Origin: an archaeon
Lineage (GTDB): Archaea > Nanobdellota > Nanobdellia > Woesearchaeales > UBA9642
Length of the DNA: 64,000 nt
Reading direction: 5' to 3'
Assembly: GCA_043806035.1 (NCBI GenBank)
Contig: JAZDHK010000029.1
Location: 1-64,000 of the forward strand
Shown piece by piece: positions 38,247-49,900 of this stretch (positions are counted from its first letter, which is position 1; each line of letters begins with the position of its first letter). The position numbers and the translations under genes were made by a program. A model generated the notes under the pieces. That model did no database searches and was not told the DNA's origin. It was given only the letters and a program-made list of their open reading frames with translations.

Positions 38247-39266
38247 GTGATGTTCTTTTTCAAGAAGAAGAAAGCGCCTGAGGAGGCAGCAACAGAAGAA
38301 GTTCCTGCAGCTGAAGGCGAGCAGAAAAGCTCCGGCGTCTCGGGGAGCGTGGAAGTAGAGCTGACCAAAATCAAGAGCCAACTCGAGGCCATGAATGAAG
38401 TGCGGAGAAGCAATTCTGAGCGATTCTCAAGAATCTCTGAGCAGATCGGCGAACTGCGCGGCATGATCGTGGATACGAACAAGACCATGACCTCTGTCGA
38501 GATATCCGCGACGAAGGCGATCGATCTCGTGAATGCAGTCCATCCCGACCAGCTCATGGTAGAAGTCAGAAAGTCAGAAGGGAAGGTGGAGGCGCTCAAA
38601 GCAAGCATCGAAGCAAACGAGGCCATCATGCAGGACATCATGAAGGAAATGAAAGAGATGCGCAGACTCATGAACTTCTACAAGGGAACGGACCAAGTGG
38701 TCAAGCTCAACGATGATGTGAAGAAAGAACTGTTCGATATCAAAAAGACAGAAGCAATCGTCAGCAGCCACGCAGACCGGGTCGACACTATTTTCCTTGA
38801 GGTGGAAAAGAAATTCACCGAATTCAACAAGTTCAACGACACCGTGAAAGACCTCGGAAGGCAGATGGAGAAACTCAATGGTGACTTCGACAAGATCAGG
38901 GTAAGTACGGATCAGAAGGAGGACAAGAAGGAATTTGTAGGCCTGCTCACAAAATTCAACAATTTCGAGAAGCATACTACAAACATTCTCAAGCTGCTCG
39001 ATGTGAGAGGAAAAGCAATTGAGACCGAGCTGCGTGAGAATTTCAGGAGGCTGGCCATCGAAGCAAGCACGAAACTCAATGTCGATCTCGATCCCGAAAA
39101 GATACAGTCAGCAACGCAGAAAGAACTCGGCACTGCTCCCGCACCCGCCCCGTCTGACGAGCAGAAGGAGCAGCCTGCTCCTGAGAAGAAACCGTCAAAA
39201 CTGAACATCAAATCCTTGTTCGGCAAGAAAGATGAGACAAAACCTGAAGAGCAAAAGTCTCAATGA
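38247..39266 (+). CDS. Long coiled-coil protein
   Basis: Heptad-rich K/E sequence with a basic/aromatic N-terminus (MFFFKKKK). GAGGTG RBS upstream. Confidence 0.75.
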   Translation: MMFFFKKKKAPEEAATEEVPAAEGEQKSSGVSGSVEVELTKIKSQLEAMNEVRRSNSERFSRISEQIGELRGMIVDTNKTMTSVEISATKAIDLVNAVHPDQLMVEVRKSEGKVEALKASIEANEAIMQDIMKEMKEMRRLMNFYKGTDQVVKLNDDVKKELFDIKKTEAIVSSHADRVDTIFLEVEKKFTEFNKFNDTVKDLGRQMEKLNGDFDKIRVSTDQKEDKKEFVGLLTKFNNFEKHTTNILKLLDVRGKAIETELRENFRRLAIEASTKLNVDLDPEKIQSATQKELGTAPAPAPSDEQKEQPAPEKKPSKLNIKSLFGKKDETKPEEQKSQ

Positions 39267-39919
39267 AGGAACGTTGCGGTGAAGTACGCGTTGGAGATGC
39301 ATTGGCATGCACCTTCGACGTACGTGATTTTGCTGCAGTCTGTCCTCTGGAATTGTTCAGCAAGCGCGTTCACCGTGTACACTAAATCTCTTGTTTTGTA
39401 CGCTTTTTTCCCTTCAGGCGTTATGTGCAAGCGGGTGATGCCGAGCGGGCTGACGATGTTATACGTGAGAAACGTATTCGGGGCGCTGATGCTCATATCG
39501 ATGGCATCAAGAATATTCAGTGCAGTGGGGAGCGCTGCGCTAACCGTATCTTGAGCCGTCGCGAGCGGGGTTGCATTGATAACATAGACGTGGACTGTGT
39601 CTTCTTTTCTGGACTGCGCAATGAATTGCAGGTAGTCGTAGCCTGCAAAATATTCTCTGATGCCCAGTTCTTGCCATTCCTGTTTTTCAGGAAGGTACAT
39701 GAATGTTTCATTCTTGTTCGGCCGGACAGCAGCTCTGATGTCTGCCAGGCCATCCTGCTCTGATTTCTTTGCCACTTGGATGTGTTTACTGTCAGTATTG
39801 AGGTGCAGTGTTTCTACTGTTTCCGTGTGTGCACGATATGGTCGCTTGTAGCGCAGGACAGGATCTTGTGCTGCTGCTAATGTGACTAATCCGAGTGTGA
39901 TGAGCAGTGCGGTTTTCAT
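39260..39919 (-). CDS. Hypothetical secreted protein
   Basis: Signal peptide MKTALLITLGLVTLAAA from ATG 39919, with a TTTATAAA box upstream. Confidence 0.7.
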   Translation of the reverse strand: MKTALLITLGLVTLAAAQDPVLRYKRPYRAHTETVETLHLNTDSKHIQVAKKSEQDGLADIRAAVRPNKNETFMYLPEKQEWQELGIREYFAGYDYLQFIAQSRKEDTVHVYVINATPLATAQDTVSAALPTALNILDAIDMSISAPNTFLTYNIVSPLGITRLHITPEGKKAYKTRDLVYTVNALAEQFQRTDCSKITYVEGACQCISNAYFTATFLH

Positions 39920-39951
39920 GTGTTCGGGAATACAACCCCCTTTATAAATAT

Positions 39952-39965
39952 TCACTTTTCAGTGA
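39952..39965. promoter_or_regulatory. YYACT-N4-AGTSA palindromic site
   Basis: TCACT-TTTC-AGTGA-CAACATT, nearly identical to TCACT-TTAT-AGTGA-TAACATT at 5346, and next to TTTATAAA (39941-39948). Confidence 0.5.
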
Positions 39966-40423
39966 CAACATTTTACTGATAATTTCGGTATGCGTTTCAG
40001 CAAAATACGTGGCAAGTTATCCGTAATCTTTTTAAATGCCTTTTCTGGCAATCGTATCGGGGGTTACATACGTGGGTGAGTCACTGAGGATGCCTACTCG
40101 CTTGCTGCAGCAAGGCATCGTTGGCATTTTTTGTGGGCATCTTCATCTTTCTTTAGATGGTAGAAAGCAGGATATCATTCCTTTCTTCTTTTTCATATTA
40201 TATCTTTTTTATTATAATGTTGGCGTGGTCTGTTCAAAGATGTGTCTCTTTTGTGAACGTAACTCTATTTGTGTGTTCAAAGTGAAAAAAACAAAATATT
40301 TAAAAAGAATTACTATGATATAAGTATGTATCTATAAAGATATAATGGTGAATGGTGCTGGCAATTACACAAAACCGTATAGGAGAACAGTGAGGACAGT
40401 GAAATAGGAAGGGTGGGGGAAGA

Positions 40424-40999
40424 GTGACGACAAGGATAGAACAGGACATCGTGCATGTTTTTGCGAGAGACCTGACGCGGAGCTACAGCATCCATCAACT
40501 TTCGAAAGAACTCCACAAGCAATACCCCTCAATCCACAGGACAGCAACGAGGATGATTCGCGAGGGCATCCTCACCAAAAACGTTATCGGCAGAAGTTTT
40601 CTGTGCAGCCTCAACTTCCATGAACCGCAAGCGGCACTGCTTTTTGCCCAAGCAGAACTGCAGCAACGAAACGCATTCTTTTCCGCAAGAGAAAACAAGA
40701 ATAGCAACCTGCTCAAGACGCTAAACCTGCTTACCAAGCAACTACCCATCAAACTCATCCTTCACGTGCATAACAGCTACTACGTGGTTGTCCCTGAAGA
40801 GACGAAGCGCCAACTACACTTCCTGCCGAACACCGTCGTCCTGCTCACCCGTGAAGAATTCCAGACAAAACTGCTCAACGATACTGCACTGCTCAAAGAG
40901 AAGACGGTCATATATTCATTTGAAAGCTATGCCGAAATGATAGCAGATGTACAGGACCAGATTAGGGTCAAGTGGCTCTTGGAGGGAAAACATGCGTAA
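40424..40999 (+). CDS. Winged-helix DNA-binding protein, possibly with a degenerate nucleotidyltransferase-like C-terminus
   Basis: YSIHQLSKELHKQYPSIHR...EGIL...IGRS wHTH pattern. It overlaps the start of the giant gene by 8 nt. Confidence 0.7.
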   Translation: MTTRIEQDIVHVFARDLTRSYSIHQLSKELHKQYPSIHRTATRMIREGILTKNVIGRSFLCSLNFHEPQAALLFAQAELQQRNAFFSARENKNSNLLKTLNLLTKQLPIKLILHVHNSYYVVVPEETKRQLHFLPNTVVLLTREEFQTKLLNDTALLKEKTVIYSFESYAEMIADVQDQIRVKWLLEGKHA

Positions 41000-43900
41000 A
41001 CTCGCATTGTTTCTCATCCTCCTGGCCTGCCTGCCTTGGACAGCAGGGTTCATACTCAATGTGACGAACGAAAGCGTGCCGCTCCAGCCGTTCACTATGG
41101 AATTGCTTGGAGACATTCCCGCTGATGCCTACCTCACCATAACCTTGCCTGATGGCACGCTGCTCAAGAACAACAAACTGCAGCCAACCATGGAGTTCAT
41201 CCCGCAGCAAGAAGGGAAATATCTCGTGCAACTGCTCAGCCCAGAACGGCAGGAACTATCAGAAGCGACCATCAGGGTACGCAGTGATGGGAAAAACAAC
41301 ACACAATATAGAACAAATGCTAGTGCGCAAGTGAACAATACGGCAATGGTCATGACCGCAAATGAAACAGCAGATGACAACCTGACTGACGTCGCAAACG
41401 CATCACGTGACGTAATAACTATCTCCAACTACCCTTACCTTGTCGGGTGGCCCATGACCATACTCCTCCCTGAAGGGACAGACGTGCTCGACATCCAGAC
41501 ACCGACATCGCAAGCAAGATATTTGGGAGCAGTCACTGAGCCTGTAGCATTCGTCCCTCGAGAGCAAGGCAACTATACCATCATCGCCTCAAGAAACGGA
41601 GAGACGTTCGCCAAAACATTCATCGTTGAGGAACAGCAGCCCATACCACGAAGCAGTATCTTCATCGGCGACAAGGAGGCGCTGCCTGTCGACATGACAT
41701 TCTATGCCAGTTCGGGAAAGACCGAACTCGTCTTATCTCTGAAAGAGCAACCGATACGCATGCACTTCTTTAACCTCACCCAGCAAGAACGATACGTCAT
41801 CAAGTTCAAACAAGTGCAGAAATTCACGACGATTGAAAACAAGCAAGTGCAAGCACTCTACGCCATCGACCCCTCGGCACTGAACTTCAGCTCAGCAACG
41901 CTCACCATCCGCGCCAGAGGAACAGCAGTATGGAAGTGCAAAGAATGGGATTTCGACCAGGACACGTGCGAAGGCAGCTGGCAGCAGCTCCTCAACCTCA
42001 CGCCAGGACAAGATTACACGCTCAACCTCACGCCCGAGGATCCTGGATTTGCAGAGACAGGACTTGCCACCATCAACGCAAAAAAACCAATATACCATCC
42101 TGGAGAAACCGCGGAGTTGTTCATGGTGGTGCTCGACCAGCAAGGCTACCTCGTTCCCGATGCCCAATTGACACTCGCCATAACCGACCCTGACGGCAAC
42201 ATCACATCTGACACGCCGATAACGAACATCAGCAGAGGCATTTATGCGAGCAACTACACCACGCAAGGTGAGGGAACGTATTGGCTGGCAGTGACTGCAG
42301 TCAGCGATAGCGTGAATTATACCATGTACTCCTCGTTCCTCGTCAATGCATCCTTTCCTTTTGACATCATCAGAGAAACCCCCCTTACCATCGATCCGTG
42401 GACGGAGAATCTCACCAGCACAATAACCGTCTATGCAGAACGGGAAGAGGAATTCTCCCTGACAGAAACATTCTCCGCAAACATGACCGTCCTCGACGCA
42501 GGGGGTGCTGTCCAGAGTAGCGTTGCAGACAGAACGCAACTCACGTGGCAGCTCATCAACGGATCCAGCGTGCACTACACCCTCCTCCCTCCTCTTGAAA
42601 CTCCTGCACTTTACGACTTCCAAGCGCATATCACTTCATCATCAGGAACGTACACTGAGGCACGGCCGTGGTTCTTGGCTGTTGATCCTCAGTTCGCCAG
42701 CACTGGTGGATATGATGTTGAGCTTGCAGCGCTCGACAACAGAACGATCGTTGTCGCATGGATTGACAGCGGAACGGGAGGCAATGCTACATTCGCCGTC
42801 TACGACACGAACGGCACACAGCTGGTCAAACAAGTGCTTGATACTACAGGAGATGCCCAGAGCAGAATATCCGTCGAGGCGATCAACAGCACGCATTTCA
42901 TCATCCAACAAATCGATGGACCGGGCACGAATAATGCAGCATTCTATATCTACCGGAGGGATGGGGGTGTCGTGCAGGGCAGGACGGCGCTTAATGCCAA
43001 CGTCGGCACGAACAATGACGTGGCGACCTGTGAGCTAGGGGACGTGTTCTCTACGCTTTACATCAATGATCAGAACAATCAAGCGGACTTCCAGATGTTC
43101 TTGAATGACGGCACACAGACGGTAGCCCAGACCGCAGCCATAGGCAACGTGAATCCCGGTGCGAGAGAGCAGAACCTTGTAGACTGCGCCGTCATCAACA
43201 GCACACGCTGGGTGTATGCAGCGTTCAACGACCAAACAAACCGCATCAATATTGCATTGAGAAGTGAAGATGGCACGAGCATCATCGCGGCAACAAATGT
43301 CGACAATTCAGTGGGCGAGACTGCCCAAGTTGCGGCAACTGGCCTGCGGAACAACAGTTTCGCCCTTGCCTACTATCACTCCACTGCTCAGAGCATAAAC
43401 CTCACGGTAATCAACACGGCAAGCGACACATTCGACACCACGTGGACAACAGGTGTTGACGATGATGCTGGCGGTGATGGTTGGTTGAGCCTTGCAGAGA
43501 TCGAAGACAACGGGAAGAGCTACATCGCCCTGGTGTGGCAGGACGCAACGGACAACGCCATCAAAGCGACCGTATACGCCAGCGATGGCATGCTACTCAC
43601 CCCTACCTTTGTCGTTGCAACGCAGAGCGCCACAAGAAAGCTCATTGACATTGTCGGCTACTCCTCACATGCAAGCATGGGCCTCTGTCCAGGAACGTTC
43701 ATCGTCGTCTATGCCAATGCGACTGAAGAAGCAGTCTTTGACAGGTTCTTCATCAATGGCAATGCCTGGAATGGCAGTTGTGAATACACACCACCCCTTG
43801 CTGCATATACTGGCCAAACTCCTCCCAATCATCAGGCGACGAGCAACACCTCATTTATCGTCAATGTTAGCATCAACGAGTCAGACTTGTGGAAAGCTAC

Positions 43901-46900
43901 ATGGTTATGGAATGGAGCAGCATATGCACTGTTCGACACGACGCTTCTCGCCAAGTACAATTTCAACAACGTCAGCGCAATCGGCGATACTGCCTCTTTG
44001 GCTGTCGACGTGAGCAGCAATGGCGCGAATGCGACCGTCACCAATGCGAACTGGACCGCAAGCGGCAAGCACGGCGGAGCGTACACGTTTGCCGATGCTG
44101 GCTACCTCATGGCCAACATCTCTTATGCTCCCCTCTTTACTATAGGTGCATGGGTGAAGGCATCTGTCGGCAGCCCTGCTGACTATCAGACGGTGTTGAA
44201 TAAGGAATTTTCCTCATCGAATAGAAACTTCTGGTTGGGGTTGTGGACGGATGGCAAGGCGCGGTTGCAGTTCAGTTCTTCGAGTTCTGTGACGGATTGC
44301 GATGCTGCAGGCAGCACGGACTTGCGTGATGGAAGATGGCACTACCTTGCCGGCGTGTACGATGGTGCGAACTGCATACTGTACGTCGATGGAGTTGTCA
44401 AAGCGACGGACGCCGTGACAGCGACCCCGCAAGGAGTTGATGCCAATCTGAGCATAGGTTACGCCATCGGCGATGCTGGTAGAGGCCTTGTGGGCAGCAT
44501 TGATGAAGTCACGATCTTCAACACCTCCATGAATACGAGCGCAGTCCAAGAGTTGGGCATGAGCAACCTCTACAAATATGCTCAGGACAAGTGGAATTTC
44601 ACCATCAACCAATCAGCGCTGAAAACGGGCATCAACACCTACCAACTACTCTCAACAGACATAACGGGCAGCATGAACAGAACAGGCCTGCGGGACATCA
44701 AATACTACAAATACGGACTGCTCGATGATGAACCTGCCATCGACCTCGACACGACTGCACTGGATAGCACTACTGTTGTGGTCGCATGGATTGACGGAGG
44801 AAATTATGATGCCAACTTCCAGGTATGGTCCACAACAGGAATGGTGCTGGTGAACGAGACCAAAGTAGACACAACAGGCAACAGCGAAAGCAGAATAGCG
44901 GTGACAGCAATAAACAGCACGCACTTCGCAATAGAGCTCTCTGACGGGTATGATAATGCCACTACACTCTATATATACAATCGCTCAGGGCAGAATGTAG
45001 TAGACAGAACCATCTTAAACGCGAACGTGGGAACGTACACGGATACTGCACTCTGTGAACTCACGGATTCGCTTGCCGTTCTTTATGCGAACGACAATGA
45101 TAACGATGCAGACATGCAAATGTACTGGAACGACGGCACCCAACGAACCATAGAGACGCCCGTCGACGGTAACATGGGACCTGAGGCACTGCAGCAGAAT
45201 CTCGTGGATTGCGCGTCGCTGAATAGTGACCTCTGGGTCTATTTCTGGTTCGACGATGCCAGCAATTATGTGGATATTGCCGCACTGAACGGGGATGGCA
45301 CAATCGTCCGCGGGGCCACCGCGGTCGACACTACTGCCGGAGAGACTGCACAAGTCGCCACTATGGGTGTCAAGAATGACGTTTTCGGCCTGCTCTACTA
45401 CGACTCATCAACGTCAGAGATACTCTTCGGCATCCGCAACGTCACAGCGACGGTATTCCAGACCATGCTTGCCAACACTGTCATCGACGCTGATGCGGGA
45501 GCAGACAGCCGCGTGAGCATGACTGAAGTGGAAAACACGCTTGGAGAAAGCTACTTCGTTACGGCATGGGTCGACAGTGCAGACAATACCATCAAAGCAG
45601 CAATCTATGATAGCAACGGCTTGCAAATCACTGCCCCCTTCGTCGCAGTTTCTGACGTGTCCACGGTTAACATCATCGACCTTGTCGGCACGGCATCATT
45701 AATCAACACAGGATTGTGCACGGAAAAATTCGGCCTCGCCTATGTCAACGGCAGCTATGCCACGGTCTTCAAGACGTTCAACTTGGACGGCAGTGTGTGG
45801 AATGGTGTCTGCGACAAGACGCCCGCGAACATGACGTTCACCAGTCCAACACTTCCCGATAATTCGTCAACAGCGCAGCCTTTCATTGCCTTCAACCTCA
45901 CTATCACTGAACCAGACCTGCGAGATATCGTGCTAGAATGGAACAGGACATCGTATACGCTCTTAGGTCTTACTACCCTGCTCTACTTCAATTTTGATAA
46001 CATCTCCGCTCTTGAAGAATCGGACACGGTCGTCAAGGACATGAGCACGAACAATTTCACGGCCACAACAAATGCAACGCTTGTCGCAGGAAAGTACGGC
46101 AAGGCATTCTGGTTCAACGACTCGCAAGCAGTCATCCTTGAAAACAATGCCGTGCTTGACATAACTCAATTTACCATAGCCTCGTGGATAAAGGCAGATG
46201 TTGGTGGACCTGCAGACTATCAGACCATCATCAGCAAAGAGGCATACGTCTCAGGTGATCAGGACAGGAATTTTTGGTTGGGGTTGTGGACGGATGGCAA
46301 GGCGCGATTGCAGTTCAGTTCTTCGAGTTCTGTGACGGATTGTGATGCTGCAGGTAGTGTGGATTTGCGTGATGGGCAGTGGCATTATCTTGTGGGTGTG
46401 TACGATGGTGCGGACTGCACGCTGTATGTCGATGGCATGCTTGATGCCACTGATCCGGTCAGTGCAGCCCCTGAAGGCAGTGGTTACAATGTCAGCATCG
46501 GTGCTGAGCTCGGCCAGTCAGGCAGAGGATTTGTCGGCAGCATCGACGAAGTGCGCGTCTCGAGAAGCGCAGCGCCTCCAGAGCTGGTGCAGCAGTTCTT
46601 CATCAGCAACCTCAACAAAGTCAACATGGAGAACTGGACGTTGTTCGCGAACGAGACGAACCTCACGCCCCAAAACTATAATTATATCGTGCGTGCAGTG
46701 GACACGTACGGCACGACAGGAGTGGCAAACAGATCTGCCAGCTACTACCGTTCGTACTTTGATGATTACGGCTTTGTCGATGTAAGTATGACTGCACTTG
46801 ACAGCACGACAGTTGTTGTTGCATGGATTGATGAAGAGCTTGATGATGCATCCTTTAAAATCATGAGCACGACAGGCGCACAACTGATAGGGGAGGTCGA

Positions 46901-49900
46901 TATAGACACGGACGGCACTGCACTCAACCGAATAGCAGTGACGCCCATAGATGCCAACAAGTTCGCCATACTGCTCATCGACAACAGCACCGTCTCCTTC
47001 TTCATCTACAATCGGACAGGAGGAAAAGTGGTGGACAGGACACTCATCGATGCGAGTGTGGACATATACACGGATGCTGCGGCATGTGAACTCGGCACAA
47101 CGCTTGCCCTGCTCTATGCGAACGATAATGATAACGATGCTGACTTCCAAATGTACTGGAACGATGGTGCGCAACGAACGGGAGAAAATTTTGTTGACGG
47201 CGGTATGAATCCTGAAGACGTACAGCAGAATCTCATCGACTGCGCAGCACTGGGCGCAACACGGTGGATATATGCGTGGTTTGATGATGGCAGCAACGTC
47301 GTCAGCATGGCCGCCCGTGATGAGACAGGCACTGCTGTCGTCGGGCAGACGAATGTGGATGGTGCTGTGGGAGAGACTGCGCACGTTGCTGCTGCTGCAT
47401 TGCGCGACAACCGTTTCGCCTATGCCTTCTATGACAGCACGACATCAGCGCTCTCCTTCACCGTCAGGAATCTAACTGGGGCTGCATTCGGTAACACGCG
47501 CGCAAACACGGTCATCGACGCAAACACGGGCGTTGATTCCAGAGTCAGCGTTGCCGAAATAGAGAGTTCGGGCAGTAGCTACTTTGTCGTCACTTGGCTC
47601 AACTACAACGACTCCACCATCAAGGCAGCAGTCTTCAACGCGACAGGAGGACAAGTCACCGCTCCCTTCAACATCACCACGAAAACGAACACTTCATTGC
47701 CGTTGTTCTCCGTCGTAGGCTACGACTCACTCCTCGGTTTCGGCTTGTGTGATGAGCGGTTCATGATTGCGTACACGAACGATACGGGACAGGCAACGCT
47801 CGCAGGCTATCTCATCGACGGTAGGCAATGGGATGGCATCTGTGATAGAACTCCTCCTGTAATAGCCTTCGTCAGCCCAACGCCTCCTGACAAGTCGTCC
47901 ACCACGAACGACTATGTCGTTGTTAATGTCAGCATCAACGATTCTGCACTAGGAAATGTCGCCTGGACATGGGATGACCTACAATTTGTCATCTATAATG
48001 ACAGCACTACCCTTCTCATAAACCTGGATAACGTATCAGCACTGGGAGAGTCAGACAGTGTTGTCGTGGACAGCAGCATCTACGCCAAGACGGGAAGTGC
48101 CACCAACAAAACCATCCCTGCCGACTGTAAACGCAATGCGTGTGCAGCATTTGCCGCAAATGGCCTCATCAATTTCAGCAGCGACACTACCAACACTTTA
48201 CGTGATAACTTCACGATCAGCATGTGGATTAACGATGCAGCAGCAGCACAGGACGTGCAGCTCGACAAGGGAACGTATGCCATCCGCGATGACTACACGG
48301 GTGGAGACTGCTCAAACCCAGGCAGGTGGCAGTTCTTCGTCAACAGGTCAGGAACACCTATCTGTGTAGAGGACACTGCAGCACACCCACAAAATGTGTG
48401 GCAGCACATCGTGGCAGTCAAGAACAGCACGAGCATCAACCTCTACGTTGATGGAACGCTTAAGGCAACCACATCAGCATCTGGACTCATCAATGAGAAC
48501 GCACTGTCCCTCTTGCTTGCAGCAGGCCATGATGGAAGCCACTTCAACGGTAGCATCGACGAAATAGCGATATACAACAGGGCATTGAATGCTTCAGAAG
48601 TGCAGCAGCTCAGCATGACCTTCCTTACCAGGTACGGCTTCAGCAGCAACATCAGCAGATGGCTGCTGTACAGCAACACCACCAATCTCAGCCTTGGCAT
48701 GCACACGTATTTCGTCGACGTGACTGATGTCAGTTACAATCCCGCATCAACTGGGAATAGGACGATTAGTAGGTACAACACGACCTTTGTCGACGACACG
48801 CCCTTCATCGATGTGGACAGTACTGCGTTGGATAATGTGACGGTAGTTGTGGCATGGATAGACGCGGACTCCTTGCAAGCAAGCTTCCAAGTGAGAAACA
48901 CGAACAAGACAGTCATTGTGGGGGAGATCGATGTTGACCTGAACGTCACGACAACGAGCAGGATATCCGTAACCGCGATTAACAGCACGCACTTTGTTGT
49001 CGTCGTGAATGATGGCGTCGACCAGGCACTTGACTTTTACATCTATCACCGCAATGGAACGCTGATCTATACGTCACGGATAAGCGCGAACATAGGCACG
49101 AACACGGACACGGCTGTGTGCGAGCTCGGAGACAGGTTCGTCATCACGTACGCCAATGGCGCTAACTTACAGTATGACACTCAGATATACTGGAACAACG
49201 GCACGCGAATAACCGCACAGACCGCTCTTGACGGCAACATGCTGCCAGAAGACACCCTGCAGAATCTGGGAGATTGTGCAGTCATTTCCTCAACACGCTG
49301 GATAGGGAATTGGTATGATGATTCTGTCGATGACGTCTACGTAAGCCTCCGTAATGAAGTGGGCACTGCCGTGCTGGGAACGGGATCCATTGATTCTGAT
49401 GTTGGTGATACAGGACAGGTGGCCACGACAGGCATGCGCAACAACACCTTCGTCGTTGTCTTCTACGACGCCACCGCGGACACCGCTTATTTTGAAATCA
49501 GGGATGTGACGGGTGACTCGAGCTATGCACTGATAGCAGACAATACTATCGTAAACACGCAAGTGGGTGGCCAGAGCAGAGTCAGTGTCGCAGAGTTAGA
49601 CATGGACGGCAAGAGCTATTTCGTCATGACCTGGTGGAATTCCCAGAACGGAACGCTGCTCGCGAGCGTCTTCAACCAGACAGGATTCCAGATAACACCT
49701 CCCTTTGTTGTCGATGACATGCCCTCAGCCTATCCCCTCCTGGATGTTGTGGCAGATGACAGTCATCTCAACCTCGGCCTGTGCAACGGCACATTCGCAA
49801 TAGCGTACACAAACGCGTCCAGCCAGGCAGTACTGAAGACGTATTTCGTCAACGGCACACCCTGGCACGGCTATTGCGACTTTGCAGGGCCAGACGTCAC

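Noticed and set aside
40036-40323. 95-aa ORF in the AT-rich spacer, or a replication origin
   Set aside because: The ORF has an atypical low-complexity composition and no RBS. No ORB repeats or cdc6/orc1 gene were seen, so this is more likely promoter DNA.
40947-40991. ORF-track start of the giant protein (7054 aa)
   Set aside because: ATG 40992 follows a GGAGG RBS and begins a clean signal peptide. The upstream 15 codons lie inside the preceding gene.
44232-46354. Diversity-generating retroelement TR/VR pair
   Set aside because: There are only two mismatches, both silent and one C/T rather than adenine-specific. Both copies are coding and no reverse transcriptase is in the window.
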